This document shows, piece by piece, positions 1 to 10,623 of a DNA stretch of 43,184 nucleotides (positions are counted from its first letter, which is position 1; every line of letters begins with the position of its first letter). The position numbers and the translations under genes were made by a program. Source of the DNA: Piptocephalis cylindrospora (lineage: Eukaryota); the NCBI GenBank assembly GCA_003614145.1, contig KZ987731.1, positions 1 through 43,184 of the forward strand, in the 5' to 3' direction. The notes under the pieces were generated by a model, which was not told where the DNA came from, did no database searches, and saw nothing but the letters and a program-made list of their open reading frames with translations.

Positions 1-751
1 AGGGGGGGGTAAGACGAGTGAATGTACTGTGCTCGGTAAAAGGCTCACAAGTCTATCCTCTATAACCCTCTCTGAACTAATGTGCATCCAAGGTGCTCTA
101 TAGTGAGGAGCCAATACTTCATCTACGGAATAGCTTGTAGGGGCCAGGTCACGTGATGTGGTGGTGGGAAGGCGAAGGGGTGGGAAGGGTCTGTGTGAGG
201 GAAGGTGGGCCGGAGAGAGAAAGTACCGAGGGTGGTGGGAGTATCAACAAGGAAATGCCCCATCTCAAGCAGAATGCTCATTTACTGTAGTTACTGTAGT
301 TTATCCGAAGTACAAGCAATGAGGAGAGCATGATGTTTGGGATATAATGCAAGGTATAATAAATAGAGTACTACAGACGGCTTGCTCCGTCAAGGAAGAT
401 AAAAGGAAGGGTGGGATGATGGGATGGATGCGTTGAGTCATCCATTGTCTCTTCTCCTTAGCTGGCCTGTGTAAGGGGAGGTCGATGACGAGTATGGCCT
501 TGAGGAGGATAGAAATGTCCGATGTTGAGGAGTTGATAAAGTGTAAAGATCGGCAATTTACGGTATACAATATGGGATGATAGGATGGGCCATGGAGGAG
601 AGGACGATGGGGCTGGAGGACACACGTAACTCCCACGATCTTTAAACCCTCATTCAGGCCAGATTCAGTACGTGTCAGCCAAGGCGGAAGAGGATGGATC
701 AATACGCCTCTTCACGAGGGAAAGTGCTGGGGTTTAGGAGCATACGACATG

Positions 752-759
752 TATAAATA
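752..759 (+). promoter_or_regulatory. Candidate TATA box of the peroxiredoxin gene
   Basis: TATAAATA about 140 nt upstream of the ATG at 901, followed by a pyrimidine-rich leader. Confidence 0.4.
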
Positions 760-900
760 TGACCGAGCGGAGGAAACAGGTACTTCAAACTCAGACTCTC
801 TCACCACCCTTCCTCATCTACCCTTTCCCCGCCCCATCTTCTTCCCTCCCTACCCACCCCACTCCATCCTCGACTACCTCTCTGTCCCTATCTAAGCACC

Positions 901-1505
901 ATGACTGTCCAAGTTGGAGATTCCCTTCCTGCCGCCACCTTATGGTACGCTGCCCCTCATCCCAACGAGCCAAACGTCTGTGCCGCCCCCGAGGCCATCA
1001 AGACTAACGAATGTAAGCTAATTTATCACGTTCGTGCCTTGGACATCTTCAGAGCCCAATATCCATCCGTTTCTCCTAATACATTTTGAATAATACATTT
1101 TGAATAGACTTCAAGGGAAAGAAGGTCGTGATCTTTGCTGTGCCGGGGGCCTTCACTCCCACTTGCCACGTCACCCATCTGCCCGGATTCATCAACAAGG
1201 CCGAGGAGATCAAGGGCAAAGGTGTGGATGCCATCGTGTGCCTTTGCACGGATGATGTCTTTGTCATGGAGGCCTGGGGCAAGGCCACCCAGAATGGAGA
1301 TAAACTGATGATGGTGAGCGATGGAAACAGCGAGTTTGTCAAGGCCCTCGGCCTGACCCAGGATCTGACCCGCGCTGGCCTCGGACCCAACCGGGCCCAG
1401 AGGTTTGCCCTGGTCGTCGATGATCTCAAGGTCACCTATGTTGGGGTCGAAAGCGGCGGGGATGTCACGGTTTCTGGGGCCGATGCTGTCCTCTCCAAGC
1501 TCTGA
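901..1505 (+). CDS. AHP1: Peroxisomal peroxiredoxin, Prx5/Ahp1/PMP20 family (169 aa). Exons 901-1012 and 1108-1505.
   Basis: Intron gtaagc...aatag joins MTVQVGDSLP... to YFKGKKVVIFAVPGAFTPTCH (peroxidatic Cys motif), then DDVFVMEAWG and RFALVVDD. The protein ends in SKL (PTS1). Confidence 0.92.
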
Positions 1506-1693
1506 TACTGAGAATCCTTTTCTGTCCTGCAGTATGAGCTCTTAGTGCTGGTTTCAAGAATAATCCTATCCGATTCATGCATGAAAGAAGAGGAGATGTG
1601 TGAATAAAATATATAGCGATCGTTCTGATCTAGCTTGCTTGCTACACTGATGGCAGAAAGGGTGCTTTATTATTACTGAAACAAGACGTAGAG

Positions 1694-2875
1694 TTATCCA
1701 CCCACTTCATCCTCATGCTTTTTTAACGTTCGCTTCCTCATTGTCTTTGCGGTAGTAGCAGTGGGCTTTTCCTTGATGGTGGACTTTTTTATAGTGACGC
1801 CTATCGCATCCTTGGCCGCAGTAGATTTTTCGCTAGAGGGAGATTTCTCCTCATCTCGCTCCACCTCCTCAACGAAAGTTTCCTCGTCTATTTCGGGGAC
1901 ACTCATGATCTCGGAAAGCAATGGAACATGGGGATCACCCTTTGCCTCTTCAATGGACCATCGCTGCCACTCTATCCAAGCTAGGGCCTGCAGAAGGGCA
2001 TCACTCATATCATCCTTCTTTCCCTCGGCCAGGAACATTCGCCTGTATTTCGCCCCACATTGAACTGGACCATTGAGAAGGATCATGGAGGAAGCCAAGG
2101 CAATAGCTCCCCGCTTCTTATGGGTTTTCCGCTTAGAGACCGTGGCGCTCGATCCCCTAGGAGCCTCGAGACCAAAATGTAGGGAGACACGTCGGGGAAG
2201 GACGGATCTTACGGCATCTGGGGCCAGGGATGAGGTTGAAGGGATGAGAGCATGTAGGAGGGCCTCAATGACTGTGGACTTGAGGATAGGAAGGGGGATT
2301 TTGGCGATGCCTGAGGACACAAATCGTTGTCTCTCCACCAGGCACACCCCCGCCTCCTCCCGTGGAAGACATTCAATAAATCGACGCACAGCTCTACTAT
2401 ACTCGGCGGGGGAGTACGAGGATGGGACATTCAGGTCAGTTAAGTTCCAATCTAGGACCTTGGGTCGTTTCCCCCGCTCTCCAGGCTGGACAAGGCAGTA
2501 TGACATATTTCGAAACCCAATATCGATGGAGAGGACAGGGCGTGTAAGGAGTCGAGAAAACGTCTGGGACCGTGCCGTGATGAGATGATCTGTAATCCGA
2601 GCCTGCAACTCGGCCTTATCCCCACTTGTTTCAAGACCACATCGGGCCAGTATTCTCTCGAGTTCAGCGGCCGTAATCTTCTTCGTGCTGTAAGGATGGA
2701 AGAGCCATATGAGGTGTGAGAGGGGGTGATGAGGCTTATGGACCGTGTCTATTTACCTGAGCAAGGTCGAGCCATGTCGTGCCTTGGGAAAAGGTGGGGT
2801 CCAAGGAGTGCGTGGGAGAGATCTGGAGGGAATGAGACAGAGGATGTCGCGTCGGGTGGATATGCCTCTTACCAT
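1694..2875 (-). CDS. CCE1: Mitochondrial Holliday-junction resolvase, Ydc2/Cce1 family, with SAP domain (about 370 aa). Exons 2875-2757 and 2687-1694.
   Basis: Arg-rich presequence-like N-terminus MVRGISTRRD; SAP motif TAAELERILARCGLETSGDKAELQARI; RuvC-like motifs LSIDIGFRNMSY, CLVERQR and KKDDMSDALLQA. GT-AG intron 2756-2688 keeps the frame. Confidence 0.85.
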
Positions 2876-3439
2876 CCATCCTGGGTGCGTTGAACAAAGT
2901 CTTCTAGAAGGACTGAGAAGGAGCATCGAGATGATGTCAAGTAAAAGGATATAAGCGCGTGCAGAACAAGCGTTTCTTTTGATTTAATAATAATACTGAA
3001 AGAGACGATGGAGTGGTTATTGGGCTTGAGGGGAGCTTGCTTTAGAGCTGTCACTGTATGATGCGGGGCATCCTTTTCACTTGGGCAACCACCACCGAGC
3101 CTTGCATAAGGCGAGCAGTGGCGGAGATCAATGATCCTATGCCCAGCTTAAGGCGGCCAAATTCAACGTAAAATACTTCAGTAGGTTTTCAGAGATTCGA
3201 GGATGCAGAACAGTGGTTTTAAGGGCGCTAGACCCACAAACAACCACACCAAGCTTTGTCTCTCATCTCCCATAGTGGAAGATGGCCTGGATCAAGGGGC
3301 TGTAAAAGCGGTTGGTTTTCATCAACACCATCTCTTGGAAAGCCCCATTACAGACTCGGTCCGTGTTATCCTTTTCTTCTCGTGATCACTCTTCCCTCAC
3401 CCATCTGCCAATCCCTTTGAACTGCATACATAACCAACC

Positions 3440-3919
3440 ATGCCCAAGGCCCCGACACCAGAGTTGAAAAAGTAAGTCGACACTAAGAGCCTTAGTCGGT
3501 AGGGGAGTCTGGAGATTCATGGCCAGTGTCAAAGACCATGCATACCTTGGAGAAAGTTGTTTCCCACTCCCCCCCCCCCCCCCCTTCCCCCTCTTCCGTC
3601 ATAGGTATATGGAGAAGAAATTGATGGTGCAGCTAAATGGATCCCGAAAGGTAATTGGAACCCTACGTGGGTACGATCCCTTCATGAACATTGTCCTTGA
3701 TAGCTGTGTAGAGGAGAAGAGGAATGGAGACAAGGTAGCCATTGGTATGGTGGTAAGTACAAAGGATGGGGTTGGGTGGCGAGTATCTTGCGTCACTAGG
3801 CTAGGCTGGACCTCTGCTCCTGACATAGTACATCTCCATTAACGGACTGATCCCACCTTTCCTCATAGGTCATTCGTGGTAATAGCATCGTGTCCTTGGA
3901 GCTTTTGCAGCGGACCTAA
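3440..3919 (+). CDS. SMX2: Small nuclear ribonucleoprotein SmG (76 aa). Exons 3440-3471, 3605-3752 and 3869-3919.
   Basis: Spliced product [43 protein letters not shown]...IGMVVIRGNSIVSLELLQRT contains the Sm1 and Sm2 motifs. Confidence 0.95.
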
Positions 3920-4341
3920 AGATGTCTGGTCCCTTTTTTCTTTTTAGGGCAGGGTCACTCCCTTACCCCCAAGCACCGCCACCTCTGTAACCACTACGGA
4001 TGGGTGATGAGGATTGAAATACAGTGTAGAGGAGATATGATGTGTCTTGTGCTGCGTGACGGTTCAATGATGCAATGACTTGGATGGCCAAAGTCATCTA
4101 CCTGCATGTCTTACGCATTGGGCACTGTAGGGCGCAATTGGTTTGGCCCTCAAAGAAATGACATTCATCCCCCCTCAGTCCATTCAGGTGGACGGCCGTA
4201 GCACACAGAGAAGGGATAATCGAGAGATCAAGACACGGATAAAGAAATCATCCTAGCTCTCTTCCAATCCATTCCCATTCCCAGACGCTTGACATCAGCC
4301 TGCTCTTGCTGCTCCCCTCGCTAACATGGAAATTGTCACGC

Positions 4342-5468
4342 TTAATCCTACGAGTGAGAAGATGAAAGAGAGATTGTGTTAGAAACCAAGGTACATAGGG
4401 GAAGCACCCGACCAAGTCTAAGCAAAGCACAGTGGTAAAGAAAGTGAGTAAACGTACCATTCGGGTCTTGAGTGTCCTCGTTGTCACTCCCTCAGGGGTG
4501 CTATTGATAGTAAAGCGGCATGAGAATGGGTATCCTAGTGAACATCGGAATGGATCATCTCCTCTCCCCGAACTCAAGCTACACTTACATGACATGAACC
4601 ACGGCTCCCCAACCACTGTAGGCGTCTCGGTCAAAGGCGTTCATGAGGGACTGGGAAATGGTCTCGAAGAGATCCTCTGGACCCTAAAGGTGTTTCAAGA
4701 TGAGATAGAATAAAATGAGTAAGAGGCAGCACAAAGCTGTATTTGCTCTCTCCTGTCAATCATCATTTTTACTTACAAGGTCGGGCTCCCAAAGGGACTC
4801 GCACGTGCCAAAGAGTTTGGAGGAAGCGGTACCGCTGACGACAAAGTCCTTGGCATAGTTGATGCATCCGATCAGATCGGTGGAACAGATGAAGGGCTTT
4901 CCATCCTTGTTGATCCCAGCCACTACGGGATCCACAAAATAAGGTCCGAATCTGGGAAGGAAGAAAATGATTGAGAATGGATTGCTCATCCACCAAGGAG
5001 TATCAGTACTTTGGCCTGATCAGAGAAACTTCTTACCTCTTCTCGTAGAGGGTGGAGGAGAGGAGATGGGCAAAGGTCTCGGGCTCAATCTCCCGGCCCT
5101 CACGGAGCTTGTATAGGTTAAGCTTGACGCGGAACAGATCGGCCAAAGTGTTCACATCGGTGGCAAGGCCACCAAGACCAATGTAGGTACGTGGGGTCAG
5201 GCTGTAGATCTTCTTAAAGTCGGTAGCTACCGTGGTGAATTGTTGGCCTAGACGTTTATCGGCAGCAATGGCCACGCAATTCTTTCCCACCATGGCCACG
5301 ACGGCCGCTCCGTTATATTCCATGATGGACTAGAGAAAAGGATGATGGGTGAGTTGAGCAGGCTAGAATGGGGTCATTGCACGAATCTCCATCCCCTCCA
5401 GATGAGTTTGATGCAAATCCACCTGAATACAAGCTGGATCCTCCACTCTCTTTCGCTATACTCACCAT
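4342..5468 (-). CDS. PUP3: 20S proteasome subunit beta-3 (204 aa). Exons 5468-5466, 5329-5037, 4951-4777, 4683-4589, 4500-4458 and 4347-4342.
   Basis: [25 protein letters not shown]...[13 protein letters not shown]...[29 protein letters not shown]...RTLKTRMD*. All introns are GT-AG and the exons sum to 615 nt. Confidence 0.95.
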
Positions 5469-5830
5469 CTTGAAAGGTTAAGGATGGATGGATTCAGTGA
5501 ATGGATCAGATCACAAGAGAGGATGGATCAAACGAGCTCTTTGACGAATATCGGGATGAGAGGAGGAGTAGGAGGAGGAGGAAGAACGGGATGACGGTTA
5601 CAGACGGGGAAGGTGAGAAGAGAGGAGGTTGACGTGGGGCTGGTGACGGAGCAAGTGCTGAGCTTCCTAATGATGCCCAAGGTTAGTTAGGTCACCCAAG
5701 CTATGCTGACTTGCTCACCGCCACTCCTCCCTGTGCTGGCCTTTCCAGAAGGGCGCGGACACGCATCGCACTACACACGCGCAGAAACGCGTATGTGTGT
5801 GTGCGTGTGTGTTTCTCTCATCACATATCA

Positions 5831-5868
5831 CTCCCCGCCCCTCCCTCCCCGCCCCTCCCTCCCCCCCC
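5831..5868. repeat. Tandem 14-mer (ctccccgcccctcc)x2 plus a C-run; GC-box/G-quadruplex-like on the minus strand
   Basis: Read directly at 5831-5844 and 5845-5858; the minus strand reads GGGGCGGGG twice. Confidence 0.7.
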
Positions 5869-6979
5869 ACACACACATACTAGGCCCTGTGGGAGGGGGA
5901 GTTCGCCGTGGTCCTCATAGTCCCAGCACATAGCGCCCTTTCAAATTATGAAAAACGAACCCAGTCTGACTAATTTAATCCATTATCCGTCAATATTGCG
6001 ATTTCTAATGTATAGGCCACCTCCCCAATACATTTCGCTGTTTACTACTACCGATGCATAGGTCATGTACTAGGATAATGGACCATGAAAGTGTCATTAA
6101 ATAATGAATAGAGAAAATAAGCCTTTTTCAAAAGACTCGTAGCTCTTATTAGCTCGAATAGCGAGCCTGAAATAGAGCTGATGGATTGCGCTTAAGGCAC
6201 GTATATCTGCACGAACTGACAAATAGGAAATGACTTACATACGCGCTACACGAAATGAACAAAGCGATCGTAATTTCCATCAAGTATCCTAAAATGTTAT
6301 GGAGTATCAAAGGATGAATGACTATCAGGCATCATGAATATATATTTCAATCACTCAAGTCCTCTTGCATTTAGTCACTTTGGCCCCCCAGACGATCCAA
6401 TCAGCGCTTCTAGCCTACACTTCACTTCACGCTACAGACTTTTACAACGAGGAGGCAGACTTAAAACTCCGCCTCGTGCATTGCCTCCCTTGCTGTATCT
6501 TGGTCCATCCTTTATCCCTCGTCTCATGGCTCGTTAATGCCTAGGACCAGTATCGGCCTCTCCTCCTTCCCTTCCTCTTCCCCGCCATTCTTCCTCCATC
6601 CCCTCTTCTTCCCTCTTCTCGCTCACGCCTTCACGCTTCTTTCGGAGGACTTTGTGCGCCACTTCATCAGTCTTGTTTCTTCAAGTGCAGCACCAAGCCA
6701 TCTCCCCATCTCCCATCATCCCAATCACGAACTCTGTTTTGCCTCGTTGATTACTTTGCCCTATTCGCCTCGAGCTTCTTTCTTGATCTCTTGGTCTTCC
6801 TCGACTGAACTTTCCTCTTTTTATTTTCCCTTACGACTCCTCATAAGGCTTCAGCCTCTTTTCTGTCTTTTTGGCCGCCTTGTAACTCACTCAACTCTCG
6901 CTTAACTGCTTCTTTCCTCAGCCGTCCAGGCTCTCCCATCACCGCTCTACCCATCCCATCCCCCAGCCTCTTCTTTAAC

Positions 6980-8713
6980 ATGACGCGCTCCCTCATCCAA
7001 GCCATCTCCCTTCTTCTGCTCCTAGCTCTCTGCATCGTACCCACGGGTACGTACGCTCGACGCCATCATCATAGGGGCGGTGGCGCCCATCTCCATCGGA
7101 GCTTTCGATCTAGCAAGTACTCAGTCAGTCTTCTTCATGAGAGCTTTACCCTGGATCATAAACTTCCGGAGCCCCCTGCCTCCCTCCTCGCCCGGTTCCC
7201 TCGGCCCCTGTCACCCAAGGCCATGACTGTGTATAAGCACGCCCTACTAGCCGCAGCCAGGAATCCGGACCAAACTCCAACCCCGTCCACCTTGATGGCC
7301 GGTTCCGGAAAAATCGGGAAGCGGGTCCTGGATTATGGAGAGGGCGATACGCACTGTCGGGAGCTGTGGCATCCGGTCATTCTCAAGGCTCAAAGGGAAG
7401 TTCTTCTGACCACCTATTACTATAATCACACTTGCCCCTGCGTCGAAGCGCTTCATCAAGCCTTACGAGATCTGGATCAGAAGTTGGAGGTCGAGAAGGG
7501 TGCGTCCAGCCCCATGGTCAATGTTAACTTTGTCATCTCCACCCTGGCCATGATGCACTTTAACCCCTGGACCGATTCCCGCATCCGTCCCCGAGTCCGA
7601 AATATCATGATTAGCCTCCGGGAAATTTCTCCGCCCGTTTTTAAGCTCCCGGACCCTAGCCAGTTTAGACATCTTCGCTTCCGGGTCAAGACATTCCACC
7701 AATGGCCCTTCGGCACCCTCCATTCTAAAATGCTCGTTGTGGACGGGAGGGAGGCGGTCCTTGGCTCCAAGAATATGGATGCTGATGTGGGCCAAGAATA
7801 TGCCTACTCCTTAACTGGGAACATCGTTGATTCTCTACGTGCCGACTTTGCCGATCTATGGGACGAGCCCCTACGCCCTTTGGATGAAAGCATTGGGGAA
7901 ACCGGGATGGTTCAGAGCGGACAGCTCATCCCCGTGAATGGTAGTGCCCCTGTTGGGATCAATCCGGTAGTGAATGCAACTGACACGTATGATGATACCG
8001 ATGACACAGATGACTCTAGTGACGATGATGATGACGATGATGAAGCGGAGAGTCAGACTAGCAGCAATTCATACGGAACCTCCAAAGGACTTCAGAAATC
8101 AAAGACCATTCCCATGATCGCCCTTCCCCGTAAGCAAGATCGAAAGATCAAGGCCCATCGTCTCGATAATCCTCAGAATACAGGATGGCTTGCGGCCATG
8201 GCTGTGGCCGAGCGGGATGCCTTCATTCAGACCCCGGATTTCCTAGCTCACGAGTCTTCCCGGATGGTTCGACAGGCCCTGGAACGAGGGGTCAATGTGA
8301 CGGTAATCACGAGCTTCCAAATGATGGACCAGTACGAGACTCTGTACCCTTATTCGGACGGACATAATCGGGCTGCGGCGGCCAAGCTCTTCAATGAGAT
8401 TCAGGGCTCCGCGCCGGGCCGTGGTAATCTCCGTATTTGCTGGTTCATTGGTCGTCGTGTCCAGCCTCCCCGACCCTTGCCTGAGGAGTGGAGTCATGTT
8501 AAGGCAATGATCATTGACGACACCTTTGCCATTGTCGGCAGTGGGAACATGGATCCACAATCTTGGTTCCATTCTCGAGAGAACAACTTTCTCTGGGATG
8601 ATGTCGAGGAGACGGTCCGATTCAAGCGGGAGCTCCTTGCCTCCCAGCAGAGCCTGGAGTACTGTACGCATGATGCTGAGTGGACTGCCACTTCCACGTT
8701 TAATCACCTCTAG
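6980..8713 (+). CDS. Intronless, predicted secreted phospholipase D-superfamily enzyme with two HKD motifs (577 aa)
   Basis: HSKMLVVDGREAVLGSKN and HVKAMIIDDTFAIVGSGN match HxKxxxxD-x6-GSxN. Hydrophobic N-terminus MTRSLIQAISLLLLLALCIVPTGTYA. An Asp-rich linker lies between the two halves. Confidence 0.88.
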   Translation: MTRSLIQAISLLLLLALCIVPTGTYARRHHHRGGGAHLHRSFRSSKYSVSLLHESFTLDHKLPEPPASLLARFPRPLSPKAMTVYKHALLAAARNPDQTPTPSTLMAGSGKIGKRVLDYGEGDTHCRELWHPVILKAQREVLLTTYYYNHTCPCVEALHQALRDLDQKLEVEKGASSPMVNVNFVISTLAMMHFNPWTDSRIRPRVRNIMISLREISPPVFKLPDPSQFRHLRFRVKTFHQWPFGTLHSKMLVVDGREAVLGSKNMDADVGQEYAYSLTGNIVDSLRADFADLWDEPLRPLDESIGETGMVQSGQLIPVNGSAPVGINPVVNATDTYDDTDDTDDSSDDDDDDDEAESQTSSNSYGTSKGLQKSKTIPMIALPRKQDRKIKAHRLDNPQNTGWLAAMAVAERDAFIQTPDFLAHESSRMVRQALERGVNVTVITSFQMMDQYETLYPYSDGHNRAAAAKLFNEIQGSAPGRGNLRICWFIGRRVQPPRPLPEEWSHVKAMIIDDTFAIVGSGNMDPQSWFHSRENNFLWDDVEETVRFKRELLASQQSLEYCTHDAEWTATSTFNHL

Positions 8714-8870
8714 GGTCGATTAAGAAAGTTGAGAGAAGTAGGATGGGCTTGGAATGAATGTCTTTCTTTATTGGATACCGTTTGATTTTCTTTTCTGATG
8801 CACACATCGGCCAAAATATCCCTTTTTCCGACTTGGTCCTCTTTCTCCTGATACCCTACAAACCGTTCGG

Positions 8871-9413
8871 TCATGAAGGACAGGTGAGCGAGGTCAAGGA
8901 AGGCGATCCAGAGGGTGTAGATTCGCCTGAAGCACGGCTGATAGCAACCATGGGCTTCCAGCCCCGACCTGTAGGAAGGAAACAAATCAGACCAGTGGGC
9001 TTCACAGGCGCTGGCCCTGGAGAAAGAGTATTAGGAAGGATGGCCGGGGGTTCCAGGGCACCAAAGGTCACCTTCCACGACCAGCATCCAAGGCACCATG
9101 CCGCGCACCAAAGAAGCAAGAGGATTCCCACTAGGCTGGGGAAGTGATGGTAGAGGAGTTCGGAGGCATTCTGCCCAACAATGTAATTGTACGATGTACT
9201 GGAGTGGACGAGGAAGAGGGAGACGGCGGTCGTGGCAACCAAACCGACTAGACTGATCAAGACAAGACGAAGCATGACCGAGGAATCATTGTACGATTCA
9301 TAATGCAGTACCTTTCCCCTCATTCCCAACTGAGATGAGATGAGGACATGGGCTTGAGGATCCTTGTCTCGGTGGTCTTGAGCCTCGATTGCTATGCTGT
9401 TCTCCGTACGCAT
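8871..9413 (-). CDS. Hypothetical small membrane protein (about 180 aa, 2 predicted TM helices)
   Basis: Open frame from MRTENSIA after a pyrimidine-rich leader. Hydrophobic segments VMLRLVLISLVGLVATTAVSLFLV and LVGILLLLWCAAWCLGCWSW. No family recognised. Confidence 0.45.
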   Translation of the reverse strand: MRTENSIAIEAQDHRDKDPQAHVLISSQLGMRGKVLHYESYNDSSVMLRLVLISLVGLVATTAVSLFLVHSSTSYNYIVGQNASELLYHHFPSLVGILLLLWCAAWCLGCWSWKVTFGALEPPAILPNTLSPGPAPVKPTGLICFLPTGRGWKPMVAISRASGESTPSGSPSLTSLTCPS

Positions 9414-9869
9414 TGGAAGGGTGAATGTGGGATGAGGAGGGGAGATGGGAGGAAAGGAAGATGATGTACTAGGCCATCCCCTTGGATGGAAGGAAGGATG
9501 GCGCAAGGTCATCTCATGAACCATCCTTTGACAGGGCGCACACCCCCTGTCGTCCTCCCCATCTCCCATACTCCCCTACCTAGGGTTACCTAGAGTGATG
9601 TGGTGGAAGCGGAGTCACAGAGGAATAGAAGGAACATAGGCCATTTCATCCGTTCCTCACCCTGGGTGTCTGCCCGACATCTGATGGGACACACCTGCTC
9701 GCATGGTATTGTCGGAGATCCCTTCGATCGTATCGTACTAAAACTCTTTTGCTTGTATCTCATTCATTCTCTTTGCCTTGTTCTACGAACACTCCACATT
9801 CCCTGGAAAAGGTTCAGGTAGCAGCAATTGTTATATTGTCTGCAAATAAATCCACATGTGGATTTTCCC

Positions 9870-10623
9870 TCACTGCCCTACATCGTACGAGTAAATGATG
9901 ATACATGAGGGGAGAATGGCTTCAGAGCGAAGAAAGCAATATTCCGAATAGTTCAGGCCGGCGGTGTTCGCCTTTCCAAACAGGCAATCAAATTCACGAG
10001 TTGTGGTTTGATCCCTTTCTTCGTCTGCTTTAGTGGCTAACCGCCATGATCCCAGCTCCACCTCGCAGAGTAGCATGGCTCGCTGAGCCCGGAATCCCCC
10101 ATTGATCACTCGTTCACCTGGCCCGGCATAGAAATGGCTCTTGGATGAATCGGGTGCAAGGTAAAAGCCCCATCCAAATCGTTGCATGACTTGGTTCCTG
10201 TGGTTGATTCCAATGTACATAGGATCGAATGCCCCTCGGACGATATTACACATTGGACAAGTGGACATGGTGCACACCATTAGGTTGTTGATGAGGTCGC
10301 AGGTGGCGATGGTCCCATGGTACAGCTGCAGTCTTGCTGACTTACCATTCTGGACCATACGCCTAGTGTAGGTGGAGAAGGCAAAAGAGCACTTCTTAGA
10401 TGGGTGGACCCTGAGAATGTGATCTACTCGGATATTATTCGCTTCTTCTTTCTTGACCCAATCCTTCATGAACCGTCCTTTAACCTCTTCATACTCAGTC
10501 GATTTCTCATCAATGAGTGATGCGTATTTCTATGGCAGAGTGAGTAAAGGGTTAAAATCAATAGAAATAAAAGTAAACTCTTTTCCGCTCTGAGAATACC
10601 GTGGGGGCAACGGGAGTAGTCAT
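9870..10623 (-). CDS. Stand-alone PARP-like ADP-ribosyltransferase (ARTD/H-Y-E clade, about 227 aa). Exons 10623-10600 and 10529-9870.
   Basis: EYEEVKGRF, LYHGT, RFGWGFYLAPDSSKSHFY, RAMLLCEVELG and LNYSEYCFLRSEAILPSCIIIY follow the PARP catalytic-domain order. Cys-rich insert CDL...CTMSTCPMCNI. Exon 1 (MTTPVAPT) is less certain. Confidence 0.8.

Noticed and set aside
301..702. 133-aa minus-strand ORF
   Set aside because: No recognisable motif and no ATG start; it probably lies in the intergenic/promoter region.
901..1505. Selenoprotein or read-through variant of the peroxiredoxin
   Set aside because: The active-site codon is TGC (Cys), and SKL lies directly before the stop, so no recoding is needed.
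5940..6360. AT-rich patches (also 27480-27800 and 33640-33990) as transposon remnants
   Set aside because: I saw no terminal repeats, target-site duplications or transposase/RT fragments; they are more simply explained as promoter or nucleosome-depleted DNA.
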